The position numbers and the translations under genes are program-made. DNA of 64,000 nucleotides, from the NCBI GenBank assembly GCA_013265495.1, contig MU058824.1, positions 1,949,111 through 2,013,110 of the forward strand, given 5' to 3'. This document shows positions 1 to 37,000 of this stretch, piece by piece; within the stretch, counting starts at the first letter, position 1; every line of letters begins with the position of its first letter. Origin of the DNA: Vicugna vicugna. Its lineage: Eukaryota. The notes under the pieces were generated by a model. That model was given only the letters and a program-made list of their open reading frames with translations, was not told the DNA's origin and searched no databases.

Positions 1-334
1 CCCCTCTCTGGTTTTTCACGAACCCGTCCCTCCCTCTCCATCCCCTCTGCCCTCCTTCAGCCCAGGTGACCATCACTCTCATCTGTTCCACCCTTTCTTT
101 CTCTAACCATCAGAGGAATCACCTAATAGTGAACACTGGTCCTCACCTTCCCATGCTGTAACCCCTACTATAGCTCCCCATTGCCCTCAGAGTCCAGGTT
201 ATTTCACTTGGCTCCTGAGAGGATCTGGGTCCTGCCTGCTCGCCCACCTCTTCCCTGTAGCCTCCTGGGCCCTGCCCACACCAAGCACAGGCAGCCATTA
301 CCTGTTTACCATTAATTGGACCTGCATGGGATAG

Positions 335-655
335 TGTGTTGGTCAGGACAGATAGACTATTCTCTGTGACAAATAACCCTGCTACTTCTCAGTGGTTCAC
401 TCTATAAGTTTATTTCCCAGTCACACTATTTGTCCAACATGAGTCAGTTGTGGGGAGGTGCTTTGTTCACATAGTCCCTTGGGGACCCAGGATGATGGAA
501 GCTGCACCATCTGGAACATGTGACCTCATCCTTCCAGCCAAGGACAAGAATTCCAGAGGGTCACAGGCAGGTCTTACATGCTTCAGCCTGGAAGTGACAC
601 TGGTCACTTTTGCCCATGATTCACTGGCTAGGCCTAATAGTGGCTGTCTAACTGC
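335..655. mobile_element. MaLR solo LTR (MLT1-like), old
   Basis: MLT1-type motifs (gtgacaaataaccc..tctcagtgg..aagtttattt; gaagtgacac..tcacttttgcccat..ttcactggc). Confidence 0.6.
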
Positions 656-1211
656 AAGGAGGCTGAGACAGGATGGGAGCAGTGGAATATCTGGTGAGCA
701 TCACAGTAGGCCACACACAGGTCCCCCACCACCACCATCGGCACCCTCTGCCCCAGTTCATCCCCCACCGCTCAAGACAAGGCAGGAGTAGGGTCCCAGG
801 ACCTGAGCCTGCTGACTTGCCCCCTACTTTGCCACCACCCACGCAGGCTCCAGGCAACTCATCAGCTGCCACCTAATTGCCAAGACACTGGGGAGATCAT
901 TATCCCTTGATCTTCCTTCCTAAGATGATCTTTAGGACCCATTTCTCTCAGGACACAGAGCAGAGCAAAGCCAAGCTGCTCCTTAGCAAGTGGTGGCGTT
1001 TATCTTACAGACACTGAGTAAATCCCTTTCTGATTCTGTTTCCTTTGTCGAATTGACCACTAGGAAGCTCAGACTCAAATTTCGCCCCCTGAGGTCCACT
1101 TCCTCTGTGTGCAGGGTCTGGCAGCACACGTTTGTAGTTGACTCCCCCCACATTTCAGGTGATCTCTTGGTTCTCGCATTTTCCCTCTGTCCCCATTTCC
1201 TCACCATGGCA

Positions 1212-1213
<2 letters not shown>

Positions 1214-1243
<30 letters not shown>
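1214..1243. repeat. (TG)n microsatellite
   Basis: About 14-15 TG units. Confidence 0.95.
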
Positions 1244-1245
<2 letters not shown>

Positions 1246-2859
1246 CTGTCTATTTCTGTAAGACTTCCTACATCCTTTCTGGGATCAGATGGGCATTAAT
1301 TAGGCAGTCAGTCCCTGCGTTCTGTGCTGCCTCCTGTAGCTCTGGCAAATACAGCCAGCGTTTTGGGCAAAGGTCCTAAAAGGCAAGTTGAAATACCTGA
1401 GCTTCACAGGATAGACCCGCCCCGACAAGGCTGATGGGCCACCTGGTAGGGTATAAAGGGCTTGGCTCAAGGATCGGGCCCCTGCTCTCCATGATCTCCC
1501 AAGGTCAGCAGCCTAATCTTGTGCCTTTGAACTGAGCCCAGAGAAGAGCCTCAGGCCGCCAAGCAGGCTGGGTCAGTGCCTTCTTTGTCCTGACCTCATG
1601 GATGCCCGGCCAAACATGCCTTCCCCTGGGAAATGCCTGGGGGCCTGGCGTAGGCAAAGCACTGTGCCAGGCATTCCTGGGGTAGCCCCAGGCCTTTCTC
1701 TGACATATGTGCAATCTGGTAGAGGAGACCTGACACCAAACTGCAAATCAGGAAAGACAGTGTCAAGGACCAAAAGTCAAGGAGGAGAGACAGAGGAGAG
1801 CAAGAGATCCGCTACTCCAGGTCAGCGCTGGAGGAGGGCGCCTGGGAGCTGGGGAAGGGGAGGATTTGGACTTGTAGAGATGGGTATGGGCAATAGGGGG
1901 CTGGAAAGAGCAAGCTAAGCAGAGGGAAAGGCAAGGGTGAGGGCCCAGAGGACTGCAAATGCAGGAGCAGGTGCAAGGGAAGCTGGGTGGTGGTCTTTGT
2001 CTGGAAGTTATCATTTAGAAGATGAGCAAGAAAAAGTAAATCTTGGAATATGGGGTGGGACCCAAACCGAGTCTGGCCTTGATCCTGTAGGACATCAGTG
2101 AATGGGGTGCATCAAAGGGTGGTCTAAGGTGGGGGCCTTGGTGGGAGGAATACAGTCAGGCTCAGTGTCCAGAACAATCCCTCTGGCTGCACAGGGAACA
2201 TGGATAGGAGGGCCCAGTGGGTCAGTGAGACTGAGGGGCAGGAGTTTGAATGGAGCAGCAGTGGGGAGAGAGGAGGCCACATGGTGTCATGTGTTTGGCA
2301 ATGAGTCCCAGACCCTCTTACAAGCCATTCATGATCTAGCCCTGCTCACCCCTCCAGCTTGTATTCTCTTCATTCAAACCATCCAGTCTACATGTTATAT
2401 GTGTGAATTTTTTTTTTCTTTTTAGCATCTCCTTGCTAATCTTACCAATCCACATGTAGTTCCCCAAACATTTCATGTTGGCTTCTATCTTAGGGCCTTT
2501 GCTCAAGCTGTTCCATCTGCCCAGACACCTTCCCTCCAGCTCACCCTTGTCCAGCTTCCATGGCCAGCTCCTACTCATCCTTCAACTCACAGCTTACATG
2601 TCACTTCCTCTGGGAAGCCCTCCCTGACTGCCATGTACAAACCTCCATTATTACCTATGGTACACTGGGTCCCAGTGGCCCAGACACACTGGTGGCCTCA
2701 CTCATAGGACTCTTGGCCCCTGTAAGGCTGGGCTTAGCCTTGTTCTCTCCAAACCCCCAGTGCCTGGCATAGGACTTAGTCACATGGTGGTGCTTAGTAA
2801 ATACTGAGTGAACAAATACAAGGCTGGATGAAGAACAAGGGAAGGTCAAGATGCCTGGA

Positions 2860-3080
2860 TGATAATAGTGGTTGTAATTATTGCTGTTGAGTGAGAGATC
2901 TTAATGTATCATCTAATTTAATCCTTACAACAAGTCTATGAGACAGATAGTTTCTTTGTCCCCATTTTACAGATAAGGAAACTTGAGGCTTCAGAAGTTA
3001 AGTCATTTGGCCATCCAGCTAGCAAGAGGCAGAGCTGGAACTCGAGCCCAGGGAGACTGGTTCCAGAAGACATATTGTTA
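2860..3080 (-). mobile_element. MIR SINE
   Basis: Core ccccattttacagataaggaaact.gaggct. Confidence 0.75.
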
Positions 3081-3433
3081 CCCACTTAACTAGGCTGAGT
3101 GGGGCAGGGTGGCTGGGCTGTTGGGTGAGGTGCTGGATAGGGAGAGAATAGGGTGAGTTCTCTCTGTGGTTTTTCTGCCTTTTTATGTTCACACTGGAAG
3201 GGATGAAAAGCAAACAGTTCAGCAGTAACTATCCATCATCTCACTATGTCCATAGAAGTAGCCACAATTAAAGCCTGTTCACCTGGGAGCCCTTTATAGC
3301 ACATTACTATCCTCGTAGAACTGAGCGTTATCCTGGTCACACCCTCTTATGTATTCTCAAGGTGAGACTCCACGTGCCCTGCTGTGTCCTGCAACGAGCC
3401 TCACACCTCCTCTGTCCCATTTGTCTCCGGCAG

Positions 3434-28920
<25,487 letters not shown>

Positions 28921-30399
28921 GCAGAGGTCTCTGCCCTCCTCGCCTCAGGGACACCACTCAGCTCCACGGGGAGGTCCAGAACCAAACCACAGGTCCCCCA
29001 AGAACAGCCACTCTTTCTATATTTTTTACCAGAAATGAAACTCTTGGTTGCTGAAGGATTCCAGTGGGACCTGGTGCCGTTTTTCTATTTGCCTTCTCGA
29101 AAAACAAGTGTCTGAATTGACTCTTTTTAGATGATACCTTGCCTTCTGTTTAATTGCTTTGAAGGGTCCACAATAACTTCTCAAGGGGAAGAACATTGTA
29201 GAGTTAGAGCTGGAAGGACCAAAGAGGTGAACCTGCCTGGAATTTCAAACTGTGGTCCATAAGCAAGGGGAGAAGGCTAAGCAGGAGGGCTCTGCCCTCT
29301 GCCTGCTGTTGCAACCAGACAGCTCCCCTCCTTTCTGTTTTATATATTGGCTTCTAAGGAATACAGAATTCTGCTACTGAAAGAGAATTTTGGTTTAAAA
29401 ACCAGTAATGTGGCGCAACCTCCTTATTTGACAGGTGGGGAAACTGAGGCCTGGAGAGGCAAGTAATCAAGGTCCCCAGAGAGTTCATGGCAGGGCTGGG
29501 CTGAGCACCTGGTCTCCTGGGTCTATCTCTGCTGTTTGATGCAGCAGATGTGCAGGTCTCAGCCCACGGGGCAGGAATCTGTTGGTTCTGGCCTCAGCTG
29601 TGTCCCTGACTTGCTCAGTGACTTCTTGCAAGTCATTCCCTCTCTGGTCTCACTTTCTCTGTCTGAACAAGGGGGCCCTTGGAATGGGCTGTCCTCTGTA
29701 GGATCTGCCGCCTGAGATAAGAAACCTTGGCCTTGACCTGAAGAAAACTACGTGTAGGGTGATGATCTGGGTTTGCTGCAGGAACGCAAAAGACATTGAC
29801 AAAGAGGCAGCAAGAGTTTAACTTCAGGGAAATAAGTCAAGGTTCAGCAGTAGAACACAGGCTGGAGGCCACTCTCTCTTCAACCAGAATCCATCGGATG
29901 TGGATACACACTATTCCTTATGTGGGGATGCAGACAGCAGAGTGGTGCCCATGACCACTGACTGCCACCACCAAAGCCCTCAGGTCACAGAGCCTGCCTC
30001 CAGGATGATGTAAGCAGATTTCAGGCCAGGGTAAAAGAAGTCTCCAGGAGGTAGTGAGCCCCACACTGGAAGTGTGCCAGCAGAACCCCATGGCTGGCCA
30101 CCCATGAAGGCTTCTGGAGTAGGATGACTACACCAGGCAAGGAAGTGGGACCAGTTGGCCCTGACCTTCCCTTCTGGCCTGAGAGTTTTTCTGTGTCCCT
30201 CCTTTATGAATCTGTGTTCTGAGCCCTTTCTCTAAGGTTCTCTCTTTTTCAGTGGTCAATACAGCAGCCCAGCTAGAGATGGGGAATGTTGGGAGTTAAA
30301 TGTGCCCCTCCTTGCCAAGGAGGTGCAGATGATGAGTTTTGCCCATTGCACAGGATGATTCTGGAGCCAAGATGGGAACAGCAGGAGGTCACCTAGCCT

Positions 30400-30575
30400 G
30401 GTAGGTTTCAACCCAGGCTGTACATTAGAATCCCCTGGGAGCATTCAGGAAATAGATACCCAAGCCCAATCCTGGACCAACTGAAGTTCAATCTCCAGAG
30501 TAGGGCCTGGCCTTGTGTATGTTTTTATAAGTTTCCAGGTGATTCTGCAATACAGTGAGGATAGAGACCCACTGG
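30400..30575. mobile_element. MER5-like hAT-Charlie DNA transposon in the CORO2A 3' UTR
   Basis: ggctgtacattagaatcccctggg..ccaggtgattct..acccactg pattern. Confidence 0.7.
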
Positions 30576-31663
30576 GCTAGTCAACTTTACCTATTTGCAG
30601 TAAAGATGAGGACAGTGAGTACCAGACAGGTTCTGAGACTCCAACTCCATCTTCTAAGCCCAAGCTGGAAGCTCCTAAAAACATCAAGAAGCATTATCCA
30701 GGGTGTCTCTGGGACCCCCAGCTGCAACACGATAAGGGCTCTGTGCTCCTGACTGCCCCCTCCGCTAGGTGAGGCTACAGTCACCTTGTGTGCCCGCACA
30801 TGCTAGATGCCCACGATCCTTGTCGTGTTTACTCAGCTGCTGGGGCCCGCCAAGCTTGCCAAAGGCCAAATCCCAGGCATTGTCAGGGAATCAGAGCTCC
30901 GCTGGATGGGATTACCTCTCCCACCTCATTTGTGGCCAGCACTTCGCAGTTTACGTAGTCCTCCCACCTCCACTCACTGACACATCCTACTCTAATACGG
31001 GTCAGCTAGGCGTTAATGATCCCCACGTTCAGAAGGGAAGACCTAGCCTCAGAGAATGAAGAATCGTCAAGCCCAAGCCCAAAGGCACTGGCTGCCAGGC
31101 GTGGAGGTGGGGCTGGTCTGGGAAGCTGCCTGCATGCCTCCTCTTCACAGAGCCATCCCGCCCTTCTCAAGCTCTCCCCGCCCCTAAGGGACCCAGACCT
31201 CATGCTTACGAAGGCATCCATGAACAAACTTCTTTTTTCTTTTTACATCTACGGTAAATTATTTAAATTATTTCACAGCAAGGGAGAGGGATAGGTAATT
31301 TTTATCAGATATTTTTTTAAGCCATTTTTTAAAATTACATTTATGTTCTTGCCTGATGAAATGGGACTTGCCCAGCACTTGCAGGGCCCTCAGGCTCAGG
31401 GCAAGCAGAATGTGTACTCATCTCCTTACTCCATATCCTGGGAGCCCCCTGACTGTTGACTCAGGAACTTTCTGAGAATGAAGACAGCCCTGGGAGATGA
31501 GCTTTGGGGTGTATCCACCTTAGCTCTGCAATCATTGAGATTGTATCATAGAGGGAAGCAGGAAGTGAGAAATTAATCTATGCTTTTCATATGAAACCGT
31601 GCCTGAAACAGTTTGATTGGTTTAATGTTGTTTCTGAAATTCCTTGTACCTTTGTAAAAAAAA

Positions 31664-31746
31664 AATAAAATAATATAAAGAAATAAAAGTGAAAATATAA
31701 ATAGATGTGGAATCGTGCAATGGAAAGAATGTGATAAAATAATAAA
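31664..31746 (+). terminator. CORO2A polyadenylation signal cluster (end of ~2.8 kb 3' UTR)
   Basis: Three AATAAA hexamers at 31664, 31682 and 31741, an upstream TGTA, and a U-rich tract downstream (~31777-31800). Confidence 0.7.
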
Positions 31747-32589
31747 CATCTGCCTAGACATTTTAATACATAGAGCTTTCCTTTTCTTGATTTGTTTCAT
31801 AAATACCAATTTCCCTCACTATCTGAAAAGTAGAGGTTCTTGTGAAATCTTTCATAAGTCAAAATGGCTAAAGTGAAGAAGCAGTAACATTAACACATCG
31901 TGCTAACAGATACACAAAATAAATCAAGATAAAGCACAAATGCTCACAGATACAGTTCAAAGCTATGCCTGCTTAATGTTGACATGCTGAGTGCTCCTTC
32001 CCCAGGAAGGAGCTTGGCGGTGCCACTCTCACTGCTTGGGGTGCACGGGGTGGGGGGTGCACGCTGCCTCTATAATGGCTCCCTGCAAAACAAACACTGA
32101 ATGCTCTTTTCGCTTTTTGCATGCAAGGGAAACTTCACTTCAGATTTCTTTGTTAGGGAAAACAAGTACTAATACAGGTCTTTCGTAAAAGCAAGGTGGC
32201 ATAAAGTGAACTTTTGAAAATACCTGTAAGTACCTATTTGTTTGGGCCAGAAACCAGGCTGGGAAACAGGCAAGACAGACTTGGTTCCTGCCCTCCAATC
32301 AGTTTTCAGTCGTAGTTGGAAGGAAGGGCAGGGCCTGGGCAGGGGATGTGCAGGCTGCTCTGGGAGATGCAAGAAAGGCTTCTTGATACTTAGGCAGAAA
32401 CTTGGAGGATAAACAGGAATAAATGGGGCAATGGGCATATGGGGAAAAGAGTGTTCTGAGCACTCTTTGGAACTACTTGTTCCCTGGTCTGGAAATGAGC
32501 AAAGGATGGAGCACAGACAGGGCAGAGATCAAGGGTATTAAGTGTACGAAGAGCCAAGGGCCTTGTAGGTGAGAGCTGAGATGTCTCCC

Positions 32590-33345
32590 TAGCTTTACTG
32601 AGGTATGAGTCACAAAAATTGTATCTACTTAGGTTGTATGTGATTTCTTAAGGTGTACAATGTGATGATTTAATATATAAATACATTGTAAAGTGATTAC
32701 CACAATCAAGTTAATTAATACATCCATCACTTCATATTGTTACCATTTTTCATGTGTGGTGAGAACATCTGAGATTTACTCTCAACAAATTTCAAGTATA
32801 CAATTTAGTATTATTAACTATATTCACCATGCTGTACATTAGATCCCCAGAACTTATGCCTTCTGTAACTGATGGTTTGTACCCTTTTCCTTCACTCCAT
32901 CTTTTTCCGCTAGCCTCTGGCAACTACCCTTCCACTCTGTTTCTATGAGTTTGACTTTTTTTTTTTTTTTCAGATTCACATATTTAGATACCATACAGTA
33001 TATGTCTTTCTCTGTCTGGCTTATCTTACTTAGCATAATGTCTTTCAGGCTCATTCACTTTGAAAATGGCAGGATTTCCTTTAAGTCTAAATAACATTTC
33101 ACTATATATACATACATATACCACATCTTCTTTATCCATTCTTGGAAACATGTTATTTCCGTATTTCGGCTATTGTGAATAATGCTGCAGTGAACATGGA
33201 CGTGCAGATCTCTCTTTGAGATATTGACTTCATATTCTTTGGAATATACACCCAAAAGCCGGATTGTTGGATCACGTGGTAGCTCTAGTTTTAATTTTTT
33301 GAGGAACCTCCTTACTGTTTTACATAATGGCTGTACCCATTCACT
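32590..33345 (-). mobile_element. L1 3' fragment in the CORO2A-TRIM14 intergenic region
   Basis: ORF2 C-terminal remnants (WIKKMWY, LKDIMLSKISQTEKD). Confidence 0.85.
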
Positions 33346-33781
33346 TCCGTGGATGTTGAAACTTTAGCATGGGGGCAACTGGAGTTTCCAGAGTGATTTT
33401 CCACAATTGAGGGAATAGCTAATTCTCTTGGGGAAAGGGCAAGAGACAATTAAGGGAAAGGGAAAAGTGTAAGTAATGCACAGCATCCGGGAAGGCCACA
33501 GCCAACTTTGGTTCCTGACGAGCGTCACTTAGCAGGGAACCCCACCTCCTTCCAGTTAGCCCATTAGAAGCAAGCCCCCAATGTGCTGTGGCCGCCTCCA
33601 GGCCAGACACAGAGCCGGCTAGACCGGGCCTGAGCCCTCCCTGCCAGGGCAGGTGGGCCGGAGAGCACCCTGCTGCCCCGAGGGTGATGATACTGCGACT
33701 GTCCCCCGGCCGGGGGCGCCCTGTAGTTCGTCCTTCCCTCCCGGAACTGGGCCGACCCAGAGCGCCCCGCCCCACCGCCCA

Positions 33782-33794
33782 AGTTTCGATTCCC
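33782..33794 (+). promoter_or_regulatory. ISRE (interferon-stimulated response element)
   Basis: AGTTTCGATTCCC matches AGTTTCNNTTYCY, 44 nt upstream of the TRIM14 ATG; TRIM14 is an established interferon-stimulated gene. Confidence 0.75.
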
Positions 33795-33837
33795 TGCTTG
33801 CCCCCGGCTGCGGCGCAGCGGCCCGAAACGGGTGAAA

Positions 33838-34053
33838 ATGGCGGGCACGGCGGCGCTAAGCAGGACACCTGGAGGGCTGGGCCCCGCGGAGCCCGAGGAC
33901 GCGCGCGGCTGGCGCTGCCCGGAGCATGGCGACCGCGCGGCCGAGCTCTTCTGTCGCCGCTGCCGCCGCTGCGTGTGCGCGCTTTGCCCGCTGCTGGGCG
34001 CGCACCGCGGCCACCCGGTCGACCTGGCGCGGGAGGAGGCGGCGCGCGTGCAG
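33838..34053 (+). CDS. TRIM14: TRIM14 exon 1 (B-box)
   Basis: aaaATGG Kozak context; CAG|gtaagg; 216 nt. Confidence 0.95.
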
Positions 34054-37000
34054 GTAAGGACGGGCGCGAGCCCCCGAGTAACGGGCGGAGAGGGGCGTGC
34101 CACTAACGGTTACCGGTTGGGACCAGGACCCCACGGCGGCCGGAGACCATCTAGGCGGCCGAGCTATTGTTCAGAAAGAGAAACTGAGGCCCAAAAAAGG
34201 GCAACGGCGAGCCAAGGCCATCAATTAAGCTTCAGAAAAGGTGGGTTTGAGAGTGAGAACTTGGGTACCCTAGGTGGTCCCCAGATATCCAGGACCTCGT
34301 CCTCCACGATGGGTCCATCACACTGCCTTTGGCCCGGAAGAATGTCTACCTCTTAACAAAGATGAAAAAAATCCCTTCTGCCTAGAAAACCGCCGTGTAG
34401 CTCCGGAAAGCCACTGCGGACGGCCTGGCCCGGTCGCCCCGGGAACGCCCTCAGCGGCCCTCTGCTACCCCGTTCTGCGCTTCCCCCTCCACATCCGCTC
34501 CATTCCTCGCTCTTAACAGCCTGGAGGGAGCTAGAAGGCCACTTCGTCAATAAGAAGAAGAAGGTTCTGGAGGCAGAGACGGGCCTTGAACCCAGGACTC
34601 CACCAGCTGAACTGCCCCCAACGGCTCATGCTCACTGTGAAGCTCTCACCTATGCTTAATCCTCATAGTGGAAGGGGGTTCTGAACTCTTGTTCCAGCCT
34701 TGTGGCCGACTTGTCCAGTGACTCTGGTCAAATCCCCCCACCTCTCTAGGCTAGACGGGCCCTCCTGTCACAGAAGTTGATTCTACCACTTCCAACTTTA
34801 AGAAGTCTTCAGTGATTAAGTCACCCCCACAGTGACCTATCCCCCTGCACAGCACAAATTAACACCATCACATTGTGACAACCTTGGAGCTCCAAGCTGA
34901 GAACGGGCCATGTTGGGGCCATTCTAGCAGGTGGGGTCCAGGATTCAATACCTGCTTCTGCCTCCCAGGTCTTCCTTTTCTTATCTATAAAATGGCTGTA
35001 ATAATAGTAGCTTCTCAAAAGGCTGCTTTCAGAGTTAACAAGGCTACTTTCAGAGATATGGCTTCTGGGTCTCATAGGCAGGTGCCCCCCACCCTACCCA
35101 TTTTGCCTCCACACACCCACCCAGTCATCTATCTGTTCATCCATCATCCATCCACTCATTCATTCATTCATTAGACATCTATTCAGTACATAGATCAATT
35201 CTTCCCTGACCTGGAGGAGTTCCTTGGCTAGTTGGGGGAGAACAAACACTGACAATACAGTATGGTAAGTATTATAATTGGGAAGCCTGAGGCAGTGGTC
35301 AGAGGGAGCCAAAGAGAGGACACTGTGAACCAGGGACAGGAAGCCCAGAAGACTTCCTGGAGGAGGTGCCATTGGAGCTGGCCATAAAGAATAAATGGGG
35401 TTTCACCAGGTACCTGGACAGGAGAAGCACCCTGTGACTGGAAAGCACAAGCACCAGGAGGCTGGGTTGTCTTTGGCTGATGGACAGGATCTAGACTTGA
35501 AGCCTTAGAAATCACAGTGGGGTAAGGATGTGCTCTTGGAAGTTGAGGCTGTAGCTTATAGTTGGGTTTCTATTGTGTTCCCAGCCCCACTGCTTACTCA
35601 CTCCCAACCCTCCTCCTAGACTAAAACTGCACACAGTAGCAAATGCTTGTTGGGTGTTAAAATAAGAGCTACACCTGTTGAGCACTTACTGTCTTCCAAA
35701 CACTACATCAAGCACTTTGTGTACTTCTCATTCTCTAGAGCAATTCTGTGGGGTTATCCCCATGCTTACAGCTGAGAAAAGCAAGGTTTGAAAAGGTGAG
35801 GTCATTTGCCCAGGTCATGTGGAAGGAGAACTGAGACTCAGACTAAGGAGTTCCCATCTGACTCTGGGGCTCTGGCTCATAACTTGCTGGGTGGCTTCAG
35901 CTGTCCACTTGAAGGTGGCAGCCCCTGGTAATTCAGCAAACACTTTTGGTCACCCCCTGGTCCCTATAGGGGAGCCAAGAATGGAGCAAGCCTGCCCTCG
36001 GGAAGCTCCCCGTCATCCCAGCAGCTGAGTGTAAGGTGGGATGTAAGAAGGTAAGATGGAGGTAAGGTCACACCTGGTAGAGAGAGGGTCCCAGAGCATA
36101 CCTTTGGAGAAATGGCAATTGTAAAAATCAGAGATATGAAAGGGAGCCATCTCCAGTGAGAGAGATCACAAACCCCACAGGCCTCTCCCACATGCAGGTC
36201 TTCTGAACCCCAATCCAGGCAGAGGAACACAGACCAACCCTGGATGCAAGTTCCATGAGGGCAGCTCCTGGAACAGGGCCCAGCATGTATTAGGTACTCA
36301 GTATTCACTCTAGAAGTGAATGCTCTTCCCCTGCCCCCAAACTGCTTGCCTTAAGGGTCCTATTTGAGGGCCTGGAAAAGGTCACAAGCAGGACTGTCCT
36401 AGAGAAAAGGGGGTGCATCAATATTTGGAGAATACCTGATGAGGGCCTCTGAGGATCAGAGGGTCCCTGGTTTCAGCTGATTCTCCAACTTGCCTCTTAA
36501 CTTTGGGCAAGTCACCTCACCTGTGTCTCAGATACCTCAGCTGAAAAAAATACAGGGTGAGCGGTGATGACCCCTGGGGTGCTTTGTTATCATGAAAAGG
36601 ACAGCATTAAGGCTTTTCTCCTGACTCCTTCACATACAGAAATTCACCCAAGAATGTTTAACGCGGCTGGCATCCAAGAAGCAGGAGCAAGTTGGCAACA
36701 TAACCCAGATAGAAGACGCTGCTGAGAAGCTCAAGGCAAGTGGGTGATCTTTCCTTATTCTCACTGCAATGCCCACATTCCCTCTCAGACACATGGTTCT
36801 CCCCAAGCTGGAGCTAAGGGAAAATGAACACCAACCTCAAAGGGGCGGATCAGGTTTAGTAGGGCCTGGGTCTTCTATAATTTAGGGGGCCCTTTGGAGA
36901 AAACACCAAATTAGCTGCAAGATCATGAAGGGGCTGTGCTAGGGAGGGGCCTGGGGCTCCTGTTTCATTAGCTTTGTGGTGAATCTACCTCTGCTCAGTG

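Larger units (their letters stand above)
33580..34150. promoter_or_regulatory. CpG island / TRIM14 promoter and exon 1
   Basis: Dense CpG and high GC around the TRIM14 ATG; GC box CCCCGCCCC at ~33765-33773. Confidence 0.85.

Noticed and set aside
33419..34134. Several overlapping 90-180 aa ORFs around TRIM14 exon 1
   Set aside because: They reflect stop-codon depletion in a CpG island; only the B-box frame is supported.
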